NCBI GenBank assembly: GCA_902578385.1
Contig: CACHCR010000001.1
Span: 146,371-210,370, forward strand
Source of the DNA: an uncultured Fidelibacterota bacterium
GTDB taxonomy: Bacteria; Fidelibacterota; Marinisomatia; Marinisomatales; Marinisomataceae
Reading direction: 5' to 3'
Length of the DNA stretch: 64,000 bases
Part shown: piece after piece, positions 31,040-39,771 of the stretch
How positions within the stretch are numbered: position 1 is the stretch's first letter
How the letters are laid out: each line of letters starts with the position of its first letter
Program-made: the position numbers and the translations under genes
Notes under the pieces: generated by a model
The model's database searches: none
The model's input: the letters and a program-made list of their open reading frames with translations, nothing else
What the model was told of the DNA's origin: nothing

Positions 31040-31414
31040 TTATTTTTTAACTTTAGCTTTTTTCGCAGCTGGTTTTTTCGCAGCTGGTTTTTTTGTTTTT
31101 GCTGCTGAAATAGATTGAATTTGCAATAAAGTAAGATCTTGACGATGACCACGTTTTCTTTGATAGCCTTTTCGTCTTTTTTTCTTGATAACAGTTACTT
31201 TTGCATCCCTTGAATGTTCAAGAACTTTAGCACTTACGTTATACTTTGCTAAATCTTTTGCATCAAAAAGATTCTTATCTTTATCAGATACAGCTTTTAC
31301 ATTATCAAACTTTATAGTTTTACCTTCAGCAACATCAATCTTAGAATTAACTAAAACGGTGTCGCCTTTAGCGACCTTATACTGTTTTCCATATATTTCA
31401 ACAATTGCAAACAT
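31040..31414 (-). CDS. rplU: 50S ribosomal protein L21 with a Lys/Ala-rich C-terminal extension
   Basis: MFAIVEIYGKQYKV... is the canonical L21 start. The tail ...AAKTKKPAAKKPAAKKAKVKK is encoded by a short tandem DNA repeat. Confidence 0.9.
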   Translation of the reverse strand: MFAIVEIYGKQYKVAKGDTVLVNSKIDVAEGKTIKFDNVKAVSDKDKNLFDAKDLAKYNVSAKVLEHSRDAKVTVIKKKRRKGYQRKRGHRQDLTLLQIQSISAAKTKKPAAKKPAAKKAKVKK

Positions 31415-31447
31415 AGCGTGGGAACTTAATAGCTAATTTCTTCCTTT

Positions 31448-32950
31448 TCAAGTACCTATTTCATTTGTTATATCTTTTAAATCTGACATTTTAGTAAATC
31501 TAAATTCATTTTTATTCATTGTATCATCTTTTATAACTTTTAAATAAATAAAGTTTTTCCACATCAAGCTTATATAATCCTTCATTTTTTCTTTTTTTAG
31601 ATATTCAGCTACTTCAGGGTGAAGAAAGAGTTTTAACCTAAGATCTTTATTTTGTTTTTTATAATCTCTAAGCCAATAGTCTATTCTAGTAAGCAAGGTA
31701 TCCTTGGAAATGATTCTACCACTACCATTACAGACTTCGCAACATTCTGTTAAAGAGTCAATAATGCTTAATCCAGTTCTTTCTCTGGTCATTTCAAGAA
31801 TGCCAAATTCTGAAATCTCAGATACAGCAACCTTTGCTCGATCTTTTCGAAGTTCTTTTTTCATTTCTAAAAATACTTTCTTTCTATTTTCATGCTTAAC
31901 CATATCAATAAAATCAATTAGAATTAAACCTGACAAGTGTCTTAATCTGAGTTGAGAACAAATTTCTTTTGCAGCCTCAAGATTAATTTTTAATGAATTT
32001 TCTTCGTGCCCTTTTTTACCAACAAATTTTCCACTATTTACGTCTACAACAACCATTGCTTCTGTTCTTTCAATTATCAGATAAGCACCACTTTTAAGCC
32101 AGGCTTTCTTCCTCAAAAGTTTCATCATTGAATTATCGATTCCACTTTCTTTAAATAGCGGTTCCCTTTTTCTATAATGTTCTAGGGCGTTTCCTATTTC
32201 TAAAGCATCTTCTTTTACCATTTTTTGAATGTTTTTGTAATCTTCTTTTGAATCAACAACGATTTTTTCGACTTTTTCACTAATCAAATCACGTAAAACG
32301 CTAGAAGTAACTTTTAAATCATTATGAACTAGTTTTGGAGCTTGATTTTTTTCTGCTTTATACAGTAAATCATTATATTTTTTAATTAAAGTTTTATAGT
32401 CATTTTCAATTTGTGAATCAGTTTTTCCTTCTGCAACAGTTCTAATGATCATTCCTAACCCAGGCTGCTTAATTTCCATCGCGATTTTTTTTAGACGTCT
32501 TCTTTCATATTTATCTCTCATTTTTTTTGAGACACCAATGTATTTTGATTTTGGAATTAAAACTATAAATCTCCCAGCAATAGATAAATCAGTAGTAACT
32601 CGTGCCCCTTTTTTGTCAAATGGCTCTTTAATGACCTGAACAATAATTTCTTGTCCTGGCTGAAGTAGCACATCAACTTCTTTGGAGTTTTGGGTCTTAT
32701 TATTTTTTTCAACAATTAGTTCAGAATCCGATATTTCTGAAAAAGGTAAAAATGCATTTACATCTTGGCCTATATTTACAAATGCAGCCTGCATACCAGG
32801 AATTACATTTTCGACAACACCTTTATAAATGTTTCCTACAGTTTTAACCTGTGATTGATTGTCAACATGGAGTTCAGCTAATTTACCATTTTCCTTGACG
32901 GCAATGCGTGTTTCACCTACTCCTTTGCTGATGTAGATTTCTTTCTTCAT
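31448..32950 (-). CDS. rng: Ribonuclease G/E family endoribonuclease
   Basis: 500 aa with an S1 domain (GNIYKGVVENVIPGMQAAFVNIG), VVVDVNSG, and the zinc-link CxxC (CEVCNGSG). Confidence 0.85.
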   Translation of the reverse strand: MKKEIYISKGVGETRIAVKENGKLAELHVDNQSQVKTVGNIYKGVVENVIPGMQAAFVNIGQDVNAFLPFSEISDSELIVEKNNKTQNSKEVDVLLQPGQEIIVQVIKEPFDKKGARVTTDLSIAGRFIVLIPKSKYIGVSKKMRDKYERRRLKKIAMEIKQPGLGMIIRTVAEGKTDSQIENDYKTLIKKYNDLLYKAEKNQAPKLVHNDLKVTSSVLRDLISEKVEKIVVDSKEDYKNIQKMVKEDALEIGNALEHYRKREPLFKESGIDNSMMKLLRKKAWLKSGAYLIIERTEAMVVVDVNSGKFVGKKGHEENSLKINLEAAKEICSQLRLRHLSGLILIDFIDMVKHENRKKVFLEMKKELRKDRAKVAVSEISEFGILEMTRERTGLSIIDSLTECCEVCNGSGRIISKDTLLTRIDYWLRDYKKQNKDLRLKLFLHPEVAEYLKKEKMKDYISLMWKNFIYLKVIKDDTMNKNEFRFTKMSDLKDITNEIGT

Positions 32951-32969
32951 CTTTATATACCTCGTTTAG

Positions 32970-32989
32970 CCAGAAATAAAATATTCTGG
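32970..32989 (-). other. Stem-loop (CCAGAA-8 nt-TTCTGG) in the probable rng 5-prime leader
   Basis: Inverted repeat read directly, 20-40 nt upstream of the rng start. Flanked by an A/T run. Confidence 0.3.
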
Positions 32990-33138
32990 TTTTATTTTTT
33001 GAATTGAGGAGAGAAGAATTTTATAAGAAAATTACTTTTGATAAAAAAAAATTATTAAAAAACTGTTTTTAAGCTTCTAGCCTCAAATTCACATTAATTT
33101 AACGAAATTTACATTTAAAATACATATAATCAAGTCTT

Positions 33139-33918
33139 ATGTTTAATGAAGAATTAATATCAGCAAAAGTTGCTGCTCGGAACGCAGGTAAAATTCTAAT
33201 GAAGTATTATGAATCTTCAGATAAAGAAATTAAGATGAAAGGTGCCAATAACCCTGTTACCATAGCAGATCAGGAGGCAGATAAGTATTTATTTAATTTT
33301 TTAACTAATGAATTTCCCGAATACGGTTGGCTTTCTGAAGAAACATTAGATACTCAAGAAAGACTAGAAAAAAATAGAGTATGGGTTGTAGATCCTTTAG
33401 ATGGCACAAAAGAGTTTATTGAAGGGGTCCCCCATTTTAGTGTAAGCATTGGTTTAGTTGAGAATGGTGAGCCAGTCATCGGTGTCATTTATAATCCTGC
33501 TACTGAAGAGATGTTTTCATGTGAAAAAGGTAAAGGGGTTTATATGAATGGAGAAAAAGTGTCTGTCAGCAATAAGAAAAACTTAATCAATTCAACTATT
33601 GTAGTTAGTAGATCAGAACTTAAAAGAGGTGAATGGGAGCCATTCAAAAAACAATTTAAATCTATAAAACCAATAGGAAGTGTAGCATATAAGCTAGCGC
33701 TTGTTAGTGCAGGGAGATATGAAATTTTTGCAACCATTGCCCCTAAAAATGAATGGGATGTTTGTGCAGGTGATTGCTTGATTTCAGAATCAAATGGTAC
33801 ATTTAAAACTATTAATGATAAAAAAATTATTTATAATCAAAAGAAAACACTTGTTACAGATACAATTATTGCTACAAATTCAATATTATTTGAGGGGGTT
33901 TCAGATTTGCTTTTTTAA
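33139..33918 (+). CDS. cysQ: 3'(2'),5'-bisphosphate nucleotidase / inositol monophosphatase family
   Basis: WLSEE and WVVDPLDGTKEF (the CysQ-like variant of the IMPase motif), plus WDVCAG. Confidence 0.65.
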   Translation: MFNEELISAKVAARNAGKILMKYYESSDKEIKMKGANNPVTIADQEADKYLFNFLTNEFPEYGWLSEETLDTQERLEKNRVWVVDPLDGTKEFIEGVPHFSVSIGLVENGEPVIGVIYNPATEEMFSCEKGKGVYMNGEKVSVSNKKNLINSTIVVSRSELKRGEWEPFKKQFKSIKPIGSVAYKLALVSAGRYEIFATIAPKNEWDVCAGDCLISESNGTFKTINDKKIIYNQKKTLVTDTIIATNSILFEGVSDLLF

Positions 33919-33951
33919 TCAAATTTGATATAAAATTCAGATTATAAAATT

Positions 33952-35121
33952 ATGAAATATATTGGTCCAGATTTTTGCAACATTACATCTCTTTTATCAG
34001 ATGAAGAGCTATTAATTCAAAAAACTGCAAATGAGTTTGTAGCAAAAGAATTTTTACCTATAGTAAACGAGTATTATGAAAAAGGATCCTTTCCTACAGA
34101 ATTAATTTCAAAAATGGGTGAATTAGGATTTTTTGGTGCTACTCTTCCAAAAAAATATGGAGGTAGTGAAATCAGTAATACTGCATATGGACTTATTATG
34201 CAGGAACTAGAAAAAGGTGATTCTGGACTAAGATCAGTATGTAGTGTCCAGGGAGGTCTTGTAATGTATCCTATTTTTGAATATGGCTCACAAGAGCAAA
34301 AAGATAAATGGCTTTCAAAACTTGCTTCAGGCCGAGCTGTGGGATGTTTTGGCTTAACAGAATCTAATCATGGCTCAGATCCAAGCGGTATGAAAACTAG
34401 AGCAGTAAGAGATGGAGATGATTGGATTATTAATGGTTCTAAAATGTGGATTACAAACGGATCAATAGCTGACGTTGCTGTGGTTTGGGCAAAAGACGAA
34501 GATGGTATTGTAAGAGGTTTTCTACTAGAAAAAGGAATGGAAGGTTTTTCTTCATCAGATATTCACGGGAAAATGAGTTTAAGAGCATCTATTACATCAG
34601 AATTATTGATGAAAGATGTGAGAGTTTCAGATAAAAATCGTTTACCAGGGGTTGAAGGACTTAAAGGACCATTATCTTGCTTGACACAAGCTAGATATTC
34701 AATCGTTTGGGGTACCATTGGAGCTGCAATTGACTGCTATGAAGTTGCTTTAGATTATAGTAAGGATAGAAAGCAATTTTCAAAACCAATTGCAGGTTTT
34801 CAATTAACTCAACAAAAGCTTGTTAATATGATGCAGGAAATAACTAAAGCTCAATTATTAGCAATTCAGCTTGGGAAACTTAAAGATTCTAATAAATTAG
34901 AATTTTCACATATTTCTTTAGGAAAGAAAAATAATGTTGCCATCGCAAGAGATTGTGCCAGAAGTGCTAGAGAGATTTTAGGCGCAAACGGTATTATGGA
35001 TGATTATTCAGTAATGAGACATATGATGAATCTTGAAACTGTTTATACATACGAAGGTACACATGAAATACACACCCTTATTCTTGGTCAAAAAATTACT
35101 GATTTACCAGCCTTTGAATAA
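33952..35121 (+). CDS. gcdH: Acyl-CoA dehydrogenase, glutaryl-CoA dehydrogenase-like
   Basis: GLTESNHGSDPSGMKTRA, MWITNG, and the C-terminal YEGTHEIHTLILG are typical of the GCDH subgroup. Confidence 0.75.
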   Translation: MKYIGPDFCNITSLLSDEELLIQKTANEFVAKEFLPIVNEYYEKGSFPTELISKMGELGFFGATLPKKYGGSEISNTAYGLIMQELEKGDSGLRSVCSVQGGLVMYPIFEYGSQEQKDKWLSKLASGRAVGCFGLTESNHGSDPSGMKTRAVRDGDDWIINGSKMWITNGSIADVAVVWAKDEDGIVRGFLLEKGMEGFSSSDIHGKMSLRASITSELLMKDVRVSDKNRLPGVEGLKGPLSCLTQARYSIVWGTIGAAIDCYEVALDYSKDRKQFSKPIAGFQLTQQKLVNMMQEITKAQLLAIQLGKLKDSNKLEFSHISLGKKNNVAIARDCARSAREILGANGIMDDYSVMRHMMNLETVYTYEGTHEIHTLILGQKITDLPAFE

Positions 35122-35695
35122 CTCCATCAATTGATTCCAATATTTCAACTAAAACTTCCTCTCTTTTTGTCTCAATTTTTAATTCTTTAAAAAACGATGT
35201 ATTGTTTACCTTTGCATTTTTATCAATTTTTTTTAAATCAAAATCTGAATTTATATTTATTCCAATACTAAGTGCTTGGTATGGATTATTTAGTTTAGTC
35301 TGTACGTTTGATAGTAGAACACCTGCAATTTTCTTATTGTTTACATAAATATCGTTCGGTTTTTTTTGGTATCCTTTGATATTTCTTTTTTTTAGGATAT
35401 TTATGATAGCTTCACATGAACCATCAATTAAATTTTGTTGAAAATTATTTTCTGATCCAAGAATTATGCTAAATGTTAAATCTTTATAAGGTTCACTATA
35501 CCAGGATTTATTGTAAGTTCCTTTACCTTCTAACTGTTTATCGGAAATAACAATTTGCCCAATGTAATTGTTCTGATTATGCTCATTTAAGGCAATGTTT
35601 AAAGTGGAATCAATTACTTCCTCATAGATAAAAGATTTATTTCCGGATTTTATCCAACTAGTTTTTAAATCAATTTCTTTTAAGGCTAATTGCAA
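35096..35695 (-). CDS. Biotin--protein ligase-like catalytic domain protein (short form)
   Basis: GKGTYNKSWYSEP resembles GRGRxGRxW, and KKPNDIYVNNKKIAGVL resembles KWPNDL..KLAGIL. Only 199 aa. The 3-prime end overlaps the convergent gcdH by 26 nt. Confidence 0.5.
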   Translation of the reverse strand: MQLALKEIDLKTSWIKSGNKSFIYEEVIDSTLNIALNEHNQNNYIGQIVISDKQLEGKGTYNKSWYSEPYKDLTFSIILGSENNFQQNLIDGSCEAIINILKKRNIKGYQKKPNDIYVNNKKIAGVLLSNVQTKLNNPYQALSIGININSDFDLKKIDKNAKVNNTSFFKELKIETKREEVLVEILESIDGVIQRLVNQ

Positions 35696-36258
35696 GGATC
35701 AAGTTTTTTTCTCATCTTAAAAGTTGATCCAGGCTGAAGTATTCCATCTGTTGATTTAATAAGGTTTGCATTATCAACATAGATAATCACCCACGCCAAT
35801 TCATCACCGTAAACTCTCTGAGCAAGATTCCATGCTGTATCACCAGATTGAATTGTATAATCAAAAAATTCTGGTTCGCAATCTCTGACATTATTTGATT
35901 CTCTTTTAAGTGAAAGAAAGTTATACGGATACAAACGATCAGGATTATCACCTATCTCATCTTTATTCCAAGAATATATATCCTGCCACATAGAAGCATC
36001 ACCATATTCTCTAAGTGCAATTTTTGTTAGAAAATCGCCTCTTTTAATCATGTAAGGTTCAAAAACAGTTACAGGCAACGGTGGTGATTCAGGTTCTTGT
36101 ACTGTAAAAGTTTCAACTGAAACTTCTTGTTGTTTTGCAACTTCCTTATTGTCTTCTGTTGTTTGGACAGCAACTTCATCTCCAATGCTTGGAACAGTTC
36201 CTGAACAACTAATTATTACAAATGACATAAAAACCAAAATTAACTTTATATATTTCAT
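35686..36258 (-). CDS. LysM-domain lipoprotein
   Basis: Lipobox VIISC/SGT. Two LysM-like modules (YMIKRGDFLTKIA..., YTIQSGDTAWNLAQRVYG). Confidence 0.65.
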   Translation of the reverse strand: MKYIKLILVFMSFVIISCSGTVPSIGDEVAVQTTEDNKEVAKQQEVSVETFTVQEPESPPLPVTVFEPYMIKRGDFLTKIALREYGDASMWQDIYSWNKDEIGDNPDRLYPYNFLSLKRESNNVRDCEPEFFDYTIQSGDTAWNLAQRVYGDELAWVIIYVDNANLIKSTDGILQPGSTFKMRKKLDPCN

Positions 36259-36309
36259 AGTTTCCTCCTACAATTAAAACTTATTTTATAAAAAATTGTT
36301 CCAAATAAT

Positions 36310-37797
36310 TTACTCTAAATATTCTCCAAAAACATTTTTTAAAGCAAATATTATTTCTCCAAGAGTACAATTTTTTTCGACACAATTTATTATTTTGGGC
36401 ATCAAGTTTTCGCCACTTTTGGCAGTATAAACTAATTTTTCAAGTGCTTCTTCAACACCTTTAGAATCTCTATTTCTCTTAAATGTTTCTAACAATTTTA
36501 ATCTATCTTTAGATTTATCTTCGAAGGATGTGCCAGAATCAATATCTTTTTTTTCGTCTATAAATTCATTTACACCAACAAGAATAGTTTTTTTTGAATC
36601 AATATTTTCTTGAAATTTAAATGCTGAATCTTCGATTTCTTTTTGAATTTCTCCATTTTCGATTAATGTTTTCATTCCGCCATTTTTAAAAATATTATCA
36701 ATTTTTAAATTTACTTCTTCAATCATTTTTTGGGTTAAATCTTTGATTAGGGTGCTATCACCAATTGGATCAATATAATTTGCTACACCACTTTCATGTG
36801 CAATTATTTGTTGTATCCTTAAAGCGGTTGTAGCATTTTTTTCGGATGGCAAACTTACTGCTTCGTCTTTTCCATTAGTGTGTATTGATTGAGCTCCTCC
36901 CAAAACAGCTGATAAACTTTCTAGCGTAGTTCTCGTAATATTATTATCTATTTGCTGCGCAGTTAGTGTTGATCCACCTGTTTGAACATGAAATCTACAT
37001 AATTGCGATTTTACATTTGTTATTTTGTAACGATCTTTAATTATTTGTGCCCATATTACTCTAGCTGCTCTAAACTTTGCTATCTCTTCAAAAAAATCTC
37101 TATGAGCATTAAAAAAGAATGATACTTGCTCAGTTAATTTTACAATATCTAAACCATCATCTTTTGCTTTGTCTAGATATGTAATTGCGTTTGCAAATGT
37201 AAAAGCTAATTCTTCAACAGCTGTGCTTCCAGCTTCCCTAATATGATAACCAGAAATAGATATGCTATTCCATTTTGGAATATTTTTTTGGCAAAATTCA
37301 AAAACATTTGAGGTAAGTCTTAGAGAATGTTCTATCGGAAAAATGTAAGTACCTCTAGCAATATATTCTTTTAAAATATCATTTTGTAATGTTCCACGAA
37401 GCTTTTTAAAATTATAACCTCTTTTTTTAGCTACCGCAAAATAAAATGCTAATAATATAGCTGCGGTAGAATTTATTGTCATTGAGACGGAAATTTTTTC
37501 TAAATCTATATTTTTAAAAAGATTTTCCATGTCTTCAATAGTTGAAATTGGAACGCCAGACTTTCCAATTTCACCAAAAGACATATCGTCATCAGAATCA
37601 TATCCAATTTGTGTTGGCAAATCAAATGCTATTGATAATCCACTAACTCCACTTTCTATTAACTTTAAGTACCTCTTATTGGATTCGCTTACCGATGAAA
37701 ACCCTGCATACTGTCTCATGGTCCACAGTCTATCTTTGTACATATTTTTATATATACCTTTTTCGAATGGGAACTCACCAAGTTTGTTTTTTGACAT
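36310..37797 (-). CDS. Methylmalonyl-CoA mutase family, catalytic (TIM-barrel) chain without a B12-binding domain
   Basis: WTMRQYAGFSS, SIAFDLPTQIGYDSD, ISGYHIREAG and HVQTGGSTLTAQQ are MCM large-subunit signatures. The protein ends before the cobalamin-binding module. Confidence 0.8.
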   Translation of the reverse strand: MSKNKLGEFPFEKGIYKNMYKDRLWTMRQYAGFSSVSESNKRYLKLIESGVSGLSIAFDLPTQIGYDSDDDMSFGEIGKSGVPISTIEDMENLFKNIDLEKISVSMTINSTAAILLAFYFAVAKKRGYNFKKLRGTLQNDILKEYIARGTYIFPIEHSLRLTSNVFEFCQKNIPKWNSISISGYHIREAGSTAVEELAFTFANAITYLDKAKDDGLDIVKLTEQVSFFFNAHRDFFEEIAKFRAARVIWAQIIKDRYKITNVKSQLCRFHVQTGGSTLTAQQIDNNITRTTLESLSAVLGGAQSIHTNGKDEAVSLPSEKNATTALRIQQIIAHESGVANYIDPIGDSTLIKDLTQKMIEEVNLKIDNIFKNGGMKTLIENGEIQKEIEDSAFKFQENIDSKKTILVGVNEFIDEKKDIDSGTSFEDKSKDRLKLLETFKRNRDSKGVEEALEKLVYTAKSGENLMPKIINCVEKNCTLGEIIFALKNVFGEYLE

Positions 37798-37859
37798 ATT
37801 AAAAATTAAGCCTTTAAAAAATTAATTATTCTATTTATTGATTAAATTAACATAAGGAA

Positions 37860-38363
37860 ATGGAATTCACATTAAAAGAAAAATTAATAATTGCTTCAAA
37901 ATACCATAAATATAAATTGTCTATTGAAACCAAATCTACATTCAATGGTGAAACTTTGGTCATTCTCCCAGATGGAGATATTGCTTTTGAAATGGCACAA
38001 CTTTTTTATGAAAAGAGTACAAAAAAAGTAACATTTTTAATCAAGGATTCAATTTGTAGTTTTTATTCTAATGATATTATCCAAAAATCAATTAAGTATA
38101 CCTATAATGACATGAATACTTTAGGTTTACCTAGAGAAATTTTCATTAAAAAAATAATAAGCTATAATTTTGAAAATATTATTGATTTAAATGCAAATTT
38201 TAGCAGATTCGGAGCTTTTTTAACTTTTTATTGCAACCCTAAAGTTAGAATGGGTTTTAATTATGATAATTCTAAAAAATATTATAATGTTATATTAGAT
38301 TCCAACTATCAACAAGATTTGGAGGGAACTTTTAAAATGGTAAAGCAGTTCATAAAAATATGA
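37860..38363 (+). CDS. Hypothetical protein (faint resemblance to the N-terminal half of GT9 glycosyltransferases)
   Basis: 167 aa with no clear motif. The segment FENIIDLNANFSRFGAFLTFYCNPKVRMGF recalls the GT9 'yD.viDl...riG' region. Weak. Confidence 0.3.
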   Translation: MEFTLKEKLIIASKYHKYKLSIETKSTFNGETLVILPDGDIAFEMAQLFYEKSTKKVTFLIKDSICSFYSNDIIQKSIKYTYNDMNTLGLPREIFIKKIISYNFENIIDLNANFSRFGAFLTFYCNPKVRMGFNYDNSKKYYNVILDSNYQQDLEGTFKMVKQFIKI

Positions 38364-39121
38364 AAAAAATTATATCCAGTAATATTTATCTTCTTGGGGA
38401 TGCTTCAAATAGTATAGATCATATTCTGCCATGGAAACTAATTGAAGATATTCCAAAGTTATTTGAAGATAAAAACTTGGCTAAAATAAAAAACCCAGCT
38501 ATTAAAGATGTGGTGATCAATCAGGAAAATGGACCAGTTGTAATTGATATTTCAGCAACTATTGAGCCTTACACTATTCTTAATGGACCAGTCTATATTG
38601 GAAGCAATGTTTTAATAAAATCTCACTCTAACATTTCTAATTCGATAATAGAGGACAATTGCAAGATTAAAGGAGAGGTCCATTCTTGTATTTTTCAACC
38701 ATTTAGCAATAAAGCTCATGGTGGGTTTATAGGTCATAGCTTCATTGGAAGTTGGGTCAATCTTGGAGCAGGCACAACAACAAGCAACCTTAAGAATAAC
38801 TATTCTAATGTGTTTGTAAAATGGAATGGAGATTTAATCGACACAAAATCAATATTTTTTGGCGCTGTAATTGGCGAACATGTTAAAACCTCAATAGGAA
38901 CTAATTTAAATACAGGTACAGTTATAGAAATGGGCTCTAATGTTGTATCACAATCTTTTCCTCCCCGTTATATACCTAGTTTCTCATTTTATTATAAAGG
39001 TAAAATTTCAAAAATTAGTTTTGAAGATTTTAAAGATACTGCTACAATAGCAATGTCAAGAAGAAATCGTGATTTCTCGAGGGATGAACACACCTTTTTA
39101 GATCTTTACAAAAAAGATTGA
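38360..39121 (+). CDS. Left-handed beta-helix (hexapeptide-repeat) protein, alt-GlmU/sugar nucleotidyltransferase C-terminal-like
   Basis: Hexapeptide repeats. SNKAHGGFIGHSFIGSWVNLGAGTTTSNLKNNY and the IP.F.F tail match my recollection of the Bacteroidetes 'putative sugar nucleotidyl transferase' family. Confidence 0.5.
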   Translation: MKKIISSNIYLLGDASNSIDHILPWKLIEDIPKLFEDKNLAKIKNPAIKDVVINQENGPVVIDISATIEPYTILNGPVYIGSNVLIKSHSNISNSIIEDNCKIKGEVHSCIFQPFSNKAHGGFIGHSFIGSWVNLGAGTTTSNLKNNYSNVFVKWNGDLIDTKSIFFGAVIGEHVKTSIGTNLNTGTVIEMGSNVVSQSFPPRYIPSFSFYYKGKISKISFEDFKDTATIAMSRRNRDFSRDEHTFLDLYKKD

Positions 39122-39155
39122 CACAATACTAAACTAATAATATCTTCGACATGTT

Positions 39156-39572
39156 ATGTCAGTCAAAGAACTAAATAAAATAGATGAAGTTATATGTCCT
39201 TGTGATAAGCAAGAAGAAATAATTGCATCTGAGATTGGTGAAAATCTTAAATGCCCGAAATGTAATGCACATTTAAAGCAAAGGGCTTACTTACCTTTTC
39301 TCGAGTATTTGATGGAAAATGGATTTGTCCAAAATCTAGATTTTTTTGATTTAGATCTCTACAGTCAAGATAAAGAGTCGCTTTATAGTACGGATGAAGA
39401 ATTAGATTTAGATAAATATGAAGTTAGAAAAGATAGCTTAAATATTTATGAAGATGATGCAAAGTATGGTGGCAATAGCACTGTTGCAGCTGAAACCGAA
39501 ACATCTATAGATGAATCAGCAGTTTCCAGTGACTGGACTAAATTTGCGACAGAAGACGAAGAATCTGAATAA
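39156..39572 (+). CDS. Hypothetical zinc-ribbon protein with a long acidic tail
   Basis: CPCD...18 aa...CPKC, then a D/E-rich C-terminal half. No family recognised. Confidence 0.4.
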   Translation: MSVKELNKIDEVICPCDKQEEIIASEIGENLKCPKCNAHLKQRAYLPFLEYLMENGFVQNLDFFDLDLYSQDKESLYSTDEELDLDKYEVRKDSLNIYEDDAKYGGNSTVAAETETSIDESAVSSDWTKFATEDEESE

Positions 39573-39626
39573 AATTTCTTTTAATAGCTTGATAAAAATA
39601 CTAAATTGATTGAACTAAAGATTTTT

Positions 39627-39699
39627 CAGGCTATAAAAAATATGAAAGATTGGAAGACTTTCCCCCGCTTATCAACTTTCTTTTATAGCCTGTTTTTTT
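39627..39699 (+). terminator. Long hairpin (12-bp perfect stem CAGGCTATAAAA / TTTTATAGCCTG, 42-nt loop) followed by a T-run; candidate terminator or small structured RNA
   Basis: Inverted repeat at 39627-39638 and 39681-39692, with T7 at 39693-39699. Read directly. Confidence 0.4.
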
Positions 39700-39712
39700 A
39701 TAAATTTAAGTA

Positions 39713-39728
39713 CCGACTAACTAGTCGG
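39713..39728 (+). promoter_or_regulatory. Short hairpin/dyad CCGACT-aact-AGTCGG followed by a T-rich tract, 44 nt upstream of etfB (second terminator or operator)
   Basis: Read directly. Function undetermined. Confidence 0.3.
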
Positions 39729-39771
39729 ATTTTATTTGTTTGATAGCAAAATATCATTATATTGGTCAACT

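Noticed and set aside
26682-31436. Short internal or antisense ORFs at 26682, 27107, 28110, 29442, 30196, 30964 and 31185
   Set aside because: They overlap the QC, EEP, mdh, L27 and L21 genes. The 30964 ORF is just the antisense K/Q-rich reading of the L21 repeat tail.
39627-39692. Considered calling the 12-bp inverted-repeat unit a MITE
   Set aside because: There is only one copy in the window, with no target-site duplication that I could see. It is kept as a hairpin/terminator candidate instead.
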